The notes: generated by a model from the sequence alone, not told the origin. Shown: positions 38,654 to 49,110, numbered from the stretch's first letter. The stretch: 64,000 nucleotides of DNA from Bacteroidia bacterium (GCA_038237845.1 JBBRYH010000013.1:5454-69453); one strand, 5' to 3'. Program-made: numbers and translations.

Positions 38654-39718
38654 TTAGTTTGTTGAAGAAGAAATAAATGGGATGCTGAGTTTTGTTATTA
38701 CTGTTTTTGCGTCCTCATTTAAAATTTCGAATTTCGCTTTGTCTGCATATAATAGTTGTAATCGATCGATCGTATTCTTCATTCCATAGCCACTTTCAGG
38801 AATTGCAGAGGAATTATATTGTCCTGAATTACGAATAATAATTTCTAATGTATCAGATAAACGTTTTGTTTCTATGGAAAGTGTGCCACCCTCAGGCAAT
38901 TTAGCAATGCCATGTTTTATTCCATTTTCAACTAAGGTTTGAATCATCAATGGAGGAACTTCAATGGTTTCAGTAATCGGATCAATATTCCAAACTAAAT
39001 TTAAACGTTCTTCCAAACGAATTCCTTCAATAGCTAGATAATCTTTTACGGCGCTTAATTCTTGAGACAAAGGGATGAATTTCTGTTTTCCCATTTGCAA
39101 GGTATTTCGAAGAAGATTTGAAAATTGTGTAATAGCTTCTTTTGCTTTTATCGGATCTTCAGCTACTAATGCACGAATAGAATTCATTGCATTAAACATA
39201 AAGTGTGGATTGAGCTGAGATTTTAATTTATTAAGTTCAGTTTCCTGAATTGCAGCCATCCATTTGAATTTTTCAATTTCGGATTTCTTATAGTCCGAAA
39301 CATAATGAACCATAAAATAAATAATTGACCAGAATAAAAAGAATAAGGTGTAATTGGAAACGGTAAGTACCCAAACTGAATTGCTCATAGAAATAGCGAC
39401 ACCCGTCGCCGCTCGATCAAACCCGGTTTGAATGAAAGTCATTCCAAAGGCCATCAGAAAATTACTCACAAGTAGAAGCGGAATAACTTTTGGAATTGAA
39501 AGCTGAAGCCAATTAAAACGAATAATAAAAAAGCGAAGAGTCTGTGTAAGAATAATTCCAAAGAGGAAAATGAAGATCAATGAAAAAGCAAAAGTGGAAG
39601 TAAACTGATCTTTAAGAAAAACATAAAAACCATTTAGTAAAACATAGAACATCCATCCGCCAAGTTGGCACATCCAGTAGATCTGGCGCTTTTCATATGG
39701 GATGGTGAATTTTTCCAT
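38654..39718 (-). CDS. sensor histidine kinase, LytS/YehU-type (His_kinase PF06580-like) with polytopic N-terminal sensor region
   Basis: Several N-terminal TM helices, then LKSQLNPHFMFNAMNSI (H-box of the LytS family) and an HATPase_c region (LVENGIKHG). Confidence 0.85.
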   Translation of the reverse strand: MEKFTIPYEKRQIYWMCQLGGWMFYVLLNGFYVFLKDQFTSTFAFSLIFIFLFGIILTQTLRFFIIRFNWLQLSIPKVIPLLLVSNFLMAFGMTFIQTGFDRAATGVAISMSNSVWVLTVSNYTLFFLFWSIIYFMVHYVSDYKKSEIEKFKWMAAIQETELNKLKSQLNPHFMFNAMNSIRALVAEDPIKAKEAITQFSNLLRNTLQMGKQKFIPLSQELSAVKDYLAIEGIRLEERLNLVWNIDPITETIEVPPLMIQTLVENGIKHGIAKLPEGGTLSIETKRLSDTLEIIIRNSGQYNSSAIPESGYGMKNTIDRLQLLYADKAKFEILNEDAKTVITKLSIPFISSSTN

Positions 39719-39733
39719 TGAGTTAAAGGATAC

Positions 39734-41572
39734 TTAACGATTGATCCAGGCTTTTCGCAATTTTAATTGTTGCGGAGTTGGATTTGCCATTGGAGTCAAA
39801 ATGTGTTTTTTAGTCACCGTAACTTTATGCATCGTTCCCTTTAATTTTTTTGTTTTCCATTTCCCGTTTTCCTGACGTTTTATTTTCATAATTACTTTTG
39901 AGCCATCTTTAGCATTAGCGGCATAATCATTTACTATCTCATCCAGATTTGCCAAAGTAATTTTCTGCCCATTTAATGAAACAGGAATATCTCCTTTTTG
40001 GTAACCCATTTCTTTTCCAAAATCATTTACCGATTCTGGCCACAAACGAAGATTTCCATCCTGATCCAATCGGAATCCATAACCGCCGAAGGGATCCATG
40101 ATTTCCTCAGTGCCACGACGCTTGTATTCGATTCCTACGGCTTCAAATAATTCTGCATAAGGTAACGTCTCAGTGCCTGCAACATATCGATTAAAAAAAT
40201 CTCCGATTTCTGGATAAGTAAGTTTAACGATGTCGCTAAATAAAGAATCATCTACGAACGATTTATCCTTTCCATATTTCTTGGAAAGATCCATCATCAT
40301 ATCTTGTGTTCCATATTTTCCATCTGACAACTGTCGTAGACGAATATCCAAACACATTCCGATTAAAGCACCTTTCTGATAAACATTATTGTATTCATCT
40401 TTATATTTATCTAAACAACCTTTGCTCATCTTTGTCATCGAAAGATCTTCATCATATTGCTCGGCAGTAACCATTTTCCCTCTCATACTCGCCAAAAAAT
40501 CCTCAAGCGTTAAGTTGCCATATTTTATTTGAACATGATGTGCTGCATACTCTGTTAAACCTTCGTACATCCAAAGATGCTTCGACATTTGTGGATTGTT
40601 ATAATCAAAATCTCCAATTTCGAAAGAATGAATACTCAGCGGCGTGAGTGTGTGAAAAAATTCGTGTGCAGAAACATCAATAATAGTTTGTGCAATTCTC
40701 GCCTGTTCCATTTCAGGTAAACAATACATGGAAGAATAAGAATGTTCCAAAGCTCCGAATGATCCCGACTTAAATCCTTGCGGATTTCCATTCAAATAAA
40801 TTATAAATGCATAATTTTTTACCGGCAAAGTTCCGCCAAGATATTGTCGTTGCAAATCCAAAAGTTTTCGCAAACTATCAGCAAGAAATTTTACACTCAC
40901 GAGTTTGTGCGGTGAATAAACGGAAATTAAAACATCAGCGCCGCCAACAAAAATGTGGGCCGTATCAGGACGATTGTACATCATTGGACCATCAACCAAT
41001 TGCATGTAATTCGAAATAGTGTAGGTGTCTTTATTTCCATTGCGTTGCACATCACTTAAGCCGCTTGCACCGAAAAAACCTTCTGGATGAATAATATTTA
41101 CTTTGTAGGTATTACGTTTCATTCCATCAAAATAGCCATAGAGACCATGATTATTTAAAACAAAATTGGTGTCGACTTGAAAATTTGTCCCTGCAGGTTC
41201 AAAAACAAATTCACCCTTTACATCCGTGTCCCAAGTATCTTCCACTTCATAAGAAATAGACGCGAGATTTTTAGCATTTGGAATTTTCCAGGAATTTAAA
41301 TCTGTTTTAGTTGTGGTAATTTCTTTTCCAGTATTATCAAGTGCTTTGAATTTGGAAATCCATTTTCCGAAATCATAAACTTTATAAGTTCCAGGAACCA
41401 TGGCAGGCATATGATAAATGATGGTGTCTACTGCCATTTTTGGAGTAACGAGATTCACCGTCAATAAATCAGAATGACATTTGGTGAGATCAACTGTAAA
41501 TTGATAGGAATTGTCTTGCTGCGCAATTGAAAATAAAGGCAGCATTAAAAGGAAATAAAAAATTTGTTTCAT
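39734..41572 (-). CDS. M61-like zinc metallopeptidase with C-terminal PDZ domain
   Basis: Signal peptide. HEFFH zinc motif followed by EGLTEY. PDZ-like segment GYQKGDIPVSLNGQKI near the C-terminus. Confidence 0.7.
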   Translation of the reverse strand: MKQIFYFLLMLPLFSIAQQDNSYQFTVDLTKCHSDLLTVNLVTPKMAVDTIIYHMPAMVPGTYKVYDFGKWISKFKALDNTGKEITTTKTDLNSWKIPNAKNLASISYEVEDTWDTDVKGEFVFEPAGTNFQVDTNFVLNNHGLYGYFDGMKRNTYKVNIIHPEGFFGASGLSDVQRNGNKDTYTISNYMQLVDGPMMYNRPDTAHIFVGGADVLISVYSPHKLVSVKFLADSLRKLLDLQRQYLGGTLPVKNYAFIIYLNGNPQGFKSGSFGALEHSYSSMYCLPEMEQARIAQTIIDVSAHEFFHTLTPLSIHSFEIGDFDYNNPQMSKHLWMYEGLTEYAAHHVQIKYGNLTLEDFLASMRGKMVTAEQYDEDLSMTKMSKGCLDKYKDEYNNVYQKGALIGMCLDIRLRQLSDGKYGTQDMMMDLSKKYGKDKSFVDDSLFSDIVKLTYPEIGDFFNRYVAGTETLPYAELFEAVGIEYKRRGTEEIMDPFGGYGFRLDQDGNLRLWPESVNDFGKEMGYQKGDIPVSLNGQKITLANLDEIVNDYAANAKDGSKVIMKIKRQENGKWKTKKLKGTMHKVTVTKKHILTPMANPTPQQLKLRKAWINR

Positions 41573-41579
41573 AAATCAG

Positions 41580-42569
41580 TTAGCGATAAAGTTTTGAGAA
41601 ATCCCATTTGTTGGTAAAGGAAAGTAGGGTCAGAAGAATAAGAAATGAAACGAGAAGGGTAATATTATCCGCCACTGGATTCATTCCTTTTGCCAACCAG
41701 ATTGTATTGGCTTGAATTGCGCTGCTTGAACTTGTGACTGCAAATGTTCCGAAAAGATTATTTGCAAAATGCATTCCCATGGCGCTTTCTAATCCTTCGT
41801 CAAGAGAAGCCATAATAGCGAGACAAATTCCGGGAATCAAATAAGCTGGGAACATCGCCATTACTCCATATGCTGAAACTTCCGGATTGAACATGTGAAT
41901 GCCAGCAAAAAGAAATCCAGTAATTAAAATCGGTAAAATTGCATTTTTTGTTAGCAATCCAATTCCTTGAAAAATATAACCTCTGAAAAAAAACTCTTCC
42001 CACCAAGTTTGAATCGGTAGAAAAATAACAGCAATCAAAAGTGTAAGTAGAAAAGGTTTTAAATTAAATACAACTGAATAATTGTCGGGATACATTTTCA
42101 TAGAAATAAGTTGCCCTACAAAACATAGAATCATCCAGCTGAAAGCTGTAATTGCAAATCTTTTCCAACGAATTTTTGGAGCAGAAGTAATAACAGATGT
42201 AAATTTTTTTCGATGAAGTTTTGTGATCACAATCCACAAGGCAAACATGGCAGCAACGAAAATGAATAATTCTAGAATCAGAAATAAATTGGCATCGACA
42301 TGGATAATTTCCGGATTCAGAATTTTCGTATTTAAATCTGGATCAAATTTATTTACATAACCTTTTGAGATCGCCCATAAGGCAACAATGGTAAGCGGTA
42401 CTTGTCCAATCAGGAAATATCCGCCAACAATTACGATGATAATTCCAACAAGATATCGCCAAGCCTGATTTTTGCCAGTTCTTCCGATTTCAAGAAATGA
42501 ATTGAAAAGCGGAATGACTTTTTTTTCTTCAGAAGACAGAATAGGATTTTCATTGTTTTCCATACACAC
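41580..42569 (-). CDS. CPBP family intramembrane glutamic endopeptidase (CAAX protease / Abi)
   Basis: Polytopic membrane protein with EEFFFRG, FAGIHMFN and HFANN motifs. Confidence 0.8.
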   Translation of the reverse strand: MCMENNENPILSSEEKKVIPLFNSFLEIGRTGKNQAWRYLVGIIIVIVGGYFLIGQVPLTIVALWAISKGYVNKFDPDLNTKILNPEIIHVDANLFLILELFIFVAAMFALWIVITKLHRKKFTSVITSAPKIRWKRFAITAFSWMILCFVGQLISMKMYPDNYSVVFNLKPFLLTLLIAVIFLPIQTWWEEFFFRGYIFQGIGLLTKNAILPILITGFLFAGIHMFNPEVSAYGVMAMFPAYLIPGICLAIMASLDEGLESAMGMHFANNLFGTFAVTSSSSAIQANTIWLAKGMNPVADNITLLVSFLILLTLLSFTNKWDFSKLYR

Positions 42570-42579
42570 AATAATAGCA

Positions 42580-42606
42580 GAAAACCACGCATTAAACGTG
42601 GTTTTC
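42580..42606 (-). terminator. hairpin terminator between ppiB and the CPBP gene
   Basis: Perfect 10-bp stem gaaaaccacg / cgtggttttc with a 7-nt loop. T/A-rich flanks. Confidence 0.5.
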
Positions 42607-42693
42607 TTTGTTAAAGATTTATTGTAAAGATGAAAGGCAAGTAATGAGGATTAGTGGTTTTTTATATTGATATCCCAACCTTACATTCTTCAA

Positions 42694-43146
42694 TTAATCG
42701 TGAATGATAATTTTATCAATTGTATCGCCCTGGCGAATGGTATCCAAAACATCCAAACCTTCGGTAAGCTTTCCGAAGCAAGTATGTTGTCCATCAAGAT
42801 GCGCAGTTTTTGCACGACTTAATACCACAAAAAATTGTGATCCGCCTGTGTTACGACCAGCATGTGCCATTGACAAAACTCCTTTGTCATGATATTGATT
42901 TCCTCCTGTGGTCTCACATGGAATTTGATAACCGGGGCCACCAGTTCCAGGCATTCCTGTAGCACCTTCACGTGTATTTGGACATCCACCTTGAATTACA
43001 AAATCAGGAAGTACACGATGCCATTTTAATCCATCATAATATCCGCTCTTCGCAAGTTTTACAAAGTTTGCTACTGTTCCGGGAGCATCAGTTTCATAAA
43101 AAGATGCTTTCATTGTTCCTTTGTTGGTAATAATTTCTGCTGTCAT
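42694..43146 (-). CDS. ppiB: cyclophilin-type peptidyl-prolyl cis-trans isomerase
   Basis: 150 aa. FHRVLPDFVIQGG...GVLSMAHAG.NTGGSQFF signature. Confidence 0.9.
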   Translation of the reverse strand: MTAEIITNKGTMKASFYETDAPGTVANFVKLAKSGYYDGLKWHRVLPDFVIQGGCPNTREGATGMPGTGGPGYQIPCETTGGNQYHDKGVLSMAHAGRNTGGSQFFVVLSRAKTAHLDGQHTCFGKLTEGLDVLDTIRQGDTIDKIIIHD

Positions 43147-43251
43147 TGGTTGATTGATATAGTGAATTGAAAAATTTCTGTTGCAAAGATCGTGAATAGT
43201 CTTTGTAATAGGAGGATTAAGAAAGAAAATATTTACTTTAAATCAGCATTA

Positions 43252-44904
43252 TTATTTAGCAATCGAAATTTTTTCAATGCTGAATAACTGTCCATTTACA
43301 AGAAGTCTAGACAAATAGATTCCCTCTGCTAATTCTGTTCCGTTTATATAAATTCTTTTTTGGCTTGGAAGTATTTCCACATTTCTAACCAATTTACCTG
43401 TCATGTCAAAAAGTTGAATGCAGCCTTTACTTCCTTCTTCTATTGAAACAGAAAAAATCATTTCTCCATTCGTAGGATTCGGACTTACTGAAAAATGATT
43501 TGGCGAATAGATTTCATTTGGCTGATTTGAAAGTATAATATTTGACAAACAATAATCAGGAATTCCATAACCTTTCAAATTGTCGGGAGTCGACCATTGA
43601 TCGGAACTCATTTGAATAGCATGAAGTAATTGCATGGCTGAATAACTTGGAGCAGATTGCCATAAACAAGCAGCGCCACCAGCAGAAAGGGGAGTAGCAA
43701 ATGAAGTGCCGCTTGCGGTAGTTACTGATCCGCTTGAATTTACAACAATTGCGTTTACGCCCATTGCGCTGATGTCGGGTTTAATTCTTCCATCGGCAGA
43801 AGGACCGCGAGAAGAAAAGTTTGCAAGATTTCCTAAAGCATCAACCGCACCTACTGCAAGAATACTATCTGCATCAGCAGGTGAACCAATATAAAACCAG
43901 GGTGAAGTTCCAGAGTTGCCTGCGCACGCAAATGTTAACATGCCAACGCGTGCCGTGAATATTGCTGCACGTGCACATACTGTAGTACGTCCATCCATAT
44001 CTGCATAAACATGATTTTGTGAAGCATCATCGAATTGTTCGTAATACAAAGAAGTAGAAATAATATCCGCTCCAACACTGTCCGCATATTCTGCTCCTGC
44101 AACCCAATTATCTTCTTCAATAATATATTCGGTTGCGGCCTCTTCTGTACGTAACAAATAATATTGTGCGCCAGGTGCAGTTCCAATAATTTGACCAGGA
44201 AGATTAGCTGCCATGTCCGACAAACATAAGGTTCCATGTCCGCCAACACCGTAAACATTTTGTACGCCAGCAACAAAATCATACGTTCCTAAAATCTGAT
44301 TATTTAATCGAATGCTATCAAAAGCAGGAATTACATTCACATTATTAAATCCATCATCTAAAACAGCAATAATTTTTCCTGCGCCATTGAATCCCATTCC
44401 GTGAAGGCAATCCACATTGATTTGTTGTACTTGCCCGAGTGAAGCACCATAATTATAAGAAAGTAAAGAATTACTATTTCCTATTCGCTGCGTATTTGTT
44501 GCAGGAATTTCATCTGCTTCTTCAGAAAAATAATCAGCATGTTTTACTCTGAACACAGGGCCAACATTCACCACAAACGGAAGTGCATTGATTGCAAGTA
44601 ACGCATTCGCATCAGAAGTCGTAATCGAAATCGCGTTCATCCATTTTGATTTGTAGTTTAAAGTCACAGCTCCTGTTGCTAAAACCTGTGCTATATAATT
44701 TGGGTCAACCGGAAGATCATAACTCGTAATCGCAATTCCCTGATTCTGTCTACGAAGAATCGATCGACTTGAGAGAAATGCGGATGGATTTGAAGTAGAA
44801 TAGGGAGTTGAGTTTTTATCCGTGAATACAATCCAGTATTTCGTTGAAGCGAAAACTTCGGAACTCATCAGAATAAAAAGAGAAAGGGTAATTATTTTTT
44901 TCAT
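43252..44904 (-). CDS. S8 family (subtilisin-like) serine peptidase with T9SS type A sorting domain
   Basis: The ATG at 44904 gives the signal peptide MKKIITLSLFILMSSEVFA (the track start at 44943 is a TTG). Catalytic motifs VLDDG, GGHGT and GTSFATP. C-terminal SPNPTNGEMIF...GIYLSRL CTD. Confidence 0.85.
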   Translation of the reverse strand: MKKIITLSLFILMSSEVFASTKYWIVFTDKNSTPYSTSNPSAFLSSRSILRRQNQGIAITSYDLPVDPNYIAQVLATGAVTLNYKSKWMNAISITTSDANALLAINALPFVVNVGPVFRVKHADYFSEEADEIPATNTQRIGNSNSLLSYNYGASLGQVQQINVDCLHGMGFNGAGKIIAVLDDGFNNVNVIPAFDSIRLNNQILGTYDFVAGVQNVYGVGGHGTLCLSDMAANLPGQIIGTAPGAQYYLLRTEEAATEYIIEEDNWVAGAEYADSVGADIISTSLYYEQFDDASQNHVYADMDGRTTVCARAAIFTARVGMLTFACAGNSGTSPWFYIGSPADADSILAVGAVDALGNLANFSSRGPSADGRIKPDISAMGVNAIVVNSSGSVTTASGTSFATPLSAGGAACLWQSAPSYSAMQLLHAIQMSSDQWSTPDNLKGYGIPDYCLSNIILSNQPNEIYSPNHFSVSPNPTNGEMIFSVSIEEGSKGCIQLFDMTGKLVRNVEILPSQKRIYINGTELAEGIYLSRLLVNGQLFSIEKISIAK

Positions 44905-44960
44905 GCTCAGGTAATTTAGCTTATCGAAGTTAAACAAAACCAAGCTGCCTCAATGAAAAA

Positions 44961-45734
44961 CTAAAAACTAAACTGCATGATTACATCAAATAATTCATCA
45001 GGCTTATCGGCATGCACCCAATGTCCAGCGCCGGCAATGGTTTTGATAGATGCTCTAGGAAAAACACGCATAATTTCAGCGTCATCTTCTTTCGTGATGT
45101 AGTTTGATTTTTCTCCTCGAACAAAGAGAGTCATAACATCACTTCCTGCTGGTTCATCCGTTGCGTCAGAAACAACTTCGAGATTTTTACTAATGACAGG
45201 AAGATTAAAACGCCAAGCAAGATGTGAAGTTCCGTTCGCTTCCTCTTTATGATATAGATTTTTTAATAGAAATTGAATGGTGCCTTGATCTTTCAAATCT
45301 TTCGACAAAATGTCTTCGGCCTCTTTTCTGGAAGCTAGTTTTTCAGGATGAACTTTAAGTAAAGCCGCAACGACATCTTCATTTCCAATTGGATATTTTT
45401 TTGGAGCAATATCTAAAACAATCAATCGAGAAATATATTCTGGAGAATCAAGTGTCAAATACATCGCCACTTTTCCACCCATAGAATGGCCAATAAGAAT
45501 TACATCTTTTAATTCTTCTTTTTGAATTAATTCAAGAACGTCTTCAGCCATGATCCAATATTTCCATTGATCCGAATGAGGTGATTGTCCATGATTTCTC
45601 AAATCAACAGTATAGACTGTATAATGATCAGAGAATTTTTTTGCAAGTGTTGCCCAATTATCTGAAAGTCCGAATAAACCATGAAGAATTATCATTGGTT
45701 GACCGGCGCCTGATTTTCTGAAGAAGAGATTCAC
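44961..45734 (-). CDS. alpha/beta fold hydrolase (YbfF-like esterase)
   Basis: ILHGLFG oxyanion region, GHSMGG nucleophile elbow and C-terminal GHWVH. Confidence 0.8.
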   Translation of the reverse strand: MNLFFRKSGAGQPMIILHGLFGLSDNWATLAKKFSDHYTVYTVDLRNHGQSPHSDQWKYWIMAEDVLELIQKEELKDVILIGHSMGGKVAMYLTLDSPEYISRLIVLDIAPKKYPIGNEDVVAALLKVHPEKLASRKEAEDILSKDLKDQGTIQFLLKNLYHKEEANGTSHLAWRFNLPVISKNLEVVSDATDEPAGSDVMTLFVRGEKSNYITKEDDAEIMRVFPRASIKTIAGAGHWVHADKPDELFDVIMQFSF

Positions 45735-45760
45735 AATAGAAAAGTTTTGAGTGAAGATTT

Positions 45761-46483
45761 TTATTTTTTATTAAGTTCCCGTTTGTACATCATTATTGTA
45801 TTTTCCAATCCAAAATAAAGCGAATCAGAAATCAATGCATGTCCAATGGAAACTTCCATAAGATTTGAAATGTTTTGTGCAAAGTAAGATAGATTTTCTA
45901 AATCAAGATCATGTCCCGCATTTACTCCAAGACCCACTTGTTCAGCTGCACGACTTGCATCAATGTATGTAGCAATGGCAGCTTCTTTTCCTTCATGAAA
46001 ATGTTTTGCGTAAGCTTCCGTGTATAATTCAATTCGATCTGTGCCCGTATTTACTGCACCTTTTACCATTGCCACTACCGGATCTACAAAAATGGAAGTT
46101 CTAATCCCGCGCTTTTTAAATTCAGAAATAATATTTTTGAGAAAATCTTTATTTGCAATCGTATCCCAACCATGATTAGAAGTTAATTGATTGGTTGAAT
46201 CCGGAACTAAAGTAACCTGATGTGGTTTCAATTCTAAAACTAAATCCACAAAGCGTTGTTCGCGTGGATTTCCTTCAATATTAAATTCAGTTTTCAAAAG
46301 TGGACGCAATGCCCTTGCATCGCTATACTTTATGTGTCGCTCATCCGGTCGAGGGTGAATGGTTATTCCTTCGGCCCCAAATCTTTCACAATCCAAGGCA
46401 GCTTTAATCAAATCTGGGTTATTGCCACCGCGACTGTTTCGAAGCGTTGCAATTTTATTAATATTGACGGAAAGGTTTGCCAT
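45761..46483 (-). CDS. pdxJ: pyridoxine 5-prime-phosphate synthase
   Basis: LSVNINKIATLRNSRGG...HPRPDERHI...EFNIEGNP...NAGHDL are PdxJ signatures. Confidence 0.9.
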   Translation of the reverse strand: MANLSVNINKIATLRNSRGGNNPDLIKAALDCERFGAEGITIHPRPDERHIKYSDARALRPLLKTEFNIEGNPREQRFVDLVLELKPHQVTLVPDSTNQLTSNHGWDTIANKDFLKNIISEFKKRGIRTSIFVDPVVAMVKGAVNTGTDRIELYTEAYAKHFHEGKEAAIATYIDASRAAEQVGLGVNAGHDLDLENLSYFAQNISNLMEVSIGHALISDSLYFGLENTIMMYKRELNKK

Positions 46484-46501
46484 TTATTTAGTTGAGAGCG
46501 A

Positions 46502-46509
46502 CAAAGGTA
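46502..46509 (-). promoter_or_regulatory. candidate -7 promoter box TACCTTTG for pdxJ
   Basis: Exact TAnnTTTG match on the minus strand, 18 nt upstream of the pdxJ ATG. Confidence 0.35.
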
Positions 46510-46630
46510 GTGGGAAAAAGGTAGATGGTATAGGGTAGAAGGTATCTAGTTTTTTTTTGTCCTGATACGAATACCAGATAACATATAGTAGCTACCAGAT
46601 ACCCAACTCCTTAAAACAATTTCTCCTGCG

Positions 46631-47362
46631 ATGCGTTATATTCTGAAAGAAGTAAATACCTTTGCTAAACGCCGATTCCGATTGGATAGAAATGACCCTA
46701 TGTTAGCTAGCGATTTAATTAACGAAGATATTCCGCCACTTAAGATTCAGGATTCTGCAGAGAAAGCTTTGAGTTGGATGGACGAATTCCATGTATCACA
46801 TTTGCCTGTTGTGAATGGAACACAATTTATTGGAATGATTTCTGAAGATGAATTGTATGATCTCAATGATCAAGACGCACCAATTGGTTCTCATAAATTG
46901 GCTTTAATAAAACCACATCTTTTAGGAACACAACATCCTTACGATGTGTTGAAATTAATGGCAGAGCTTTCTTTAGATGTAATTGCCGTAAGCGACGATA
47001 AAGGAAATTTTTTAGGCTCCATTACTTTACCACAATTGGCGGAAAAGCTTTCTTCCTTAGCTGCTGTCCGTGAACCTGGTGGTATTTTGGTGCTCGAAGT
47101 AAATAATGTCGATTATTCCTTATCGCAGATTGCACAAATTGTAGAAGGAAATGATGCTAAAATTTTGAGCGCTTACGTAGCAAGTATTCCAGACTCTACA
47201 AAAGTAGAAGTGACTTTGAAAGTAAATCGCGATGATTTAACACGCATTCTTCAGACTTTTTCTCGTTACAATTATACCGTTAAAGCAACTTTTCATCAGA
47301 GTTCATACGAGGAAGATATGAGAAGCCGTTATGATGAGTTTATGAATTACATCAATATGTAA
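46631..47362 (+). CDS. CBS domain-containing protein
   Basis: Two CBS-like units (HVSHLPVV.G..FIGMISEDEL; LDVIAVSDDKGNFLGSITL). The true start may be the Met at 46700. Confidence 0.7.
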   Translation: MRYILKEVNTFAKRRFRLDRNDPMLASDLINEDIPPLKIQDSAEKALSWMDEFHVSHLPVVNGTQFIGMISEDELYDLNDQDAPIGSHKLALIKPHLLGTQHPYDVLKLMAELSLDVIAVSDDKGNFLGSITLPQLAEKLSSLAAVREPGGILVLEVNNVDYSLSQIAQIVEGNDAKILSAYVASIPDSTKVEVTLKVNRDDLTRILQTFSRYNYTVKATFHQSSYEEDMRSRYDEFMNYINM

Positions 47363-47381
47363 AGTCAAAACACATTTTTTT

Positions 47382-47429
47382 AAATCCAAATCCCAAAGTC
47401 TCTCAATCATTTGGAATTTGGATTTTTTT
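47382..47429 (+). terminator. rho-independent terminator after the CBS gene
   Basis: 16-bp stem aaatccaaatcccaaa / tttggaatttggattt (one mismatch), a 12-nt loop, then a T-run. Confidence 0.7.
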
Positions 47430-47449
47430 ATTTGGCGGTTTTTAGCATG

Positions 47450-47457
47450 TATATTTG
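47450..47457 (+). promoter_or_regulatory. candidate -7 promoter box TATATTTG for the Omp85-like gene
   Basis: Exact TAnnTTTG match. It lies only 7 nt before the first ATG, which favours the second Met (47498, MRFFKSPF...SSAQ signal peptide) as the real start. Confidence 0.3.
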
Positions 47458-47464
47458 TTAACGA

Positions 47465-48952
47465 ATGAATTCCCCCCTTCAATTTTTTGTTTTTAAAATG
47501 CGGTTTTTTAAATCTCCATTTTCGGCTAAGCTTTTTTTTGTGGCTGTCACCTTTTTCCTTCCGTTTATTTCGTCAGCGCAAGATTCAATTCTATCGGATT
47601 CTGTAAAATATCATATTGTAAATGTTGTGTATTCGGGAAATAAACAAACCAAAAATTTTATTATCGAACGTGAGCTTGCATTTAAACTAAATGATACTTT
47701 ATCCGGAAGCAAAATAAAAATTGCTGCGAAACATTCAGAAGATAACCTTCAAAATACTTCCCTTTTTAATTTTGTAACTGTGTTAGCAACACCGGTTGGG
47801 GAGACTTCCTCAAATGGAATTACACCAATAATTATTTCAGTTTCCGTGAAAGAACGTTGGTACACTTGGCCCACTCCAATTTTTGATGTAGCAGAACAAA
47901 ATGTAAATGTTTGGTGGAGAAACGGGCATAATTTTCAGCGTGCGAGTTATGGTTTTTTCCTTTGGAGATATAATTTCCGTGGACGAAAAGAATCAATCGC
48001 TTTGATTTGCAGATTTGGATATTCACAACAATTTGGAGGACAATATGCAATTCCGTCTTTCAATAAAAAACGAACATTTGGAGTCACTTTGACAGGAACT
48101 TATACAAGAAATCACGAAGTTTCTTTTGCAACCAGAAACAATAAACTAGTTTTTTATAAAGATAATATCAATAGAATAAGAGGAGAAACATCAGGAAGTA
48201 TTTTGTTTTCATATCGTAAAGGTGTTTACTGGAAACAAACGTTTGATTTGCGATTTACAAATCTTACCATTTATGACACGGTAGTGGATCTTAATCCTGA
48301 CTATTTTGTAAATGGAAGATCACAAATGGAATACTTTACCATTTCCTATCATTTGGTTCATGATAGCAGAGACATCAAAGCCTATACGCTAAGAGGAAAT
48401 TTTGAAGATTTTGAAATTACAAAACACGGACTTGGCATTCTTGCTGATGAAAAGTTGAATCTTATTGCAATGGCAGCGAGCTTAAGAATGTATCAGGAAA
48501 TTTATCCTCGTGTATTTTTGGCGGAGATGATTCGCGGTAGATGGAATCCTTCACGAAACATACCATATTATCATCAGCGGGCTTTAGGTTTTGGAACTTA
48601 CATTAGAGGTTATGAATATTATGTAATTGATGGCGAAAGTTATGGTGTTGCTAAATTTTCGGTTCGTTACCAATTGTTGAAGCCCCACATTTATAAATTT
48701 CCCTTTTTACCCGTTGAAAAGTTTAACACATTTCATCTTGCCGTTTATGGTGGACTTTATGCTGATGCCGGTTACGTTCAGGATAGAGAATCTACACTTT
48801 CCGACCATAATGAATTGGGGAATTCACTCCTTTTTGGATATGGCGCCGGTATCGATGTTGTAACTTATTATGATGTTGCGATACGTTTTGAATATTCTTT
48901 TAATATCAAAGGCGAGAATGGTTTTTTCCTTCATTTTGGAGCTTCTCTTTAA
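47465..48952 (+). CDS. Omp85/BamA-TamA-like outer-membrane protein (POTRA-like N-terminus plus beta-barrel)
   Basis: Signal peptide. IVNVVYSGNKQTKNFIIERELAFKLNDTLS POTRA-like segment. Beta-rich C-terminus ending FFLHFGASL. Confidence 0.6.
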   Translation: MNSPLQFFVFKMRFFKSPFSAKLFFVAVTFFLPFISSAQDSILSDSVKYHIVNVVYSGNKQTKNFIIERELAFKLNDTLSGSKIKIAAKHSEDNLQNTSLFNFVTVLATPVGETSSNGITPIIISVSVKERWYTWPTPIFDVAEQNVNVWWRNGHNFQRASYGFFLWRYNFRGRKESIALICRFGYSQQFGGQYAIPSFNKKRTFGVTLTGTYTRNHEVSFATRNNKLVFYKDNINRIRGETSGSILFSYRKGVYWKQTFDLRFTNLTIYDTVVDLNPDYFVNGRSQMEYFTISYHLVHDSRDIKAYTLRGNFEDFEITKHGLGILADEKLNLIAMAASLRMYQEIYPRVFLAEMIRGRWNPSRNIPYYHQRALGFGTYIRGYEYYVIDGESYGVAKFSVRYQLLKPHIYKFPFLPVEKFNTFHLAVYGGLYADAGYVQDRESTLSDHNELGNSLLFGYGAGIDVVTYYDVAIRFEYSFNIKGENGFFLHFGASL

Positions 48953-49110
48953 TTCAAACCCTAACCTAGGCTCCTTTCAAATTGCTTTTGCAATTGAATT
49001 GCGGATCATAAATAGTAGTCACCTTTTCTAATTTTTCATCTACCTTTGGGGCAACCTTTCTGGAGTCCACTCGTCTTTAAATCAGGACAGACTGTATAGG
49101 TTACAAAGCC

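Noticed and set aside
46484-46630. Clustered GGTAG/CTACC and ACCAGATA short repeats in the pdxJ / CBS intergenic region
   Set aside because: The repeats are short (5-8 nt) and imperfect. One overlaps the candidate -7 box. That is not enough to call a regulatory array.
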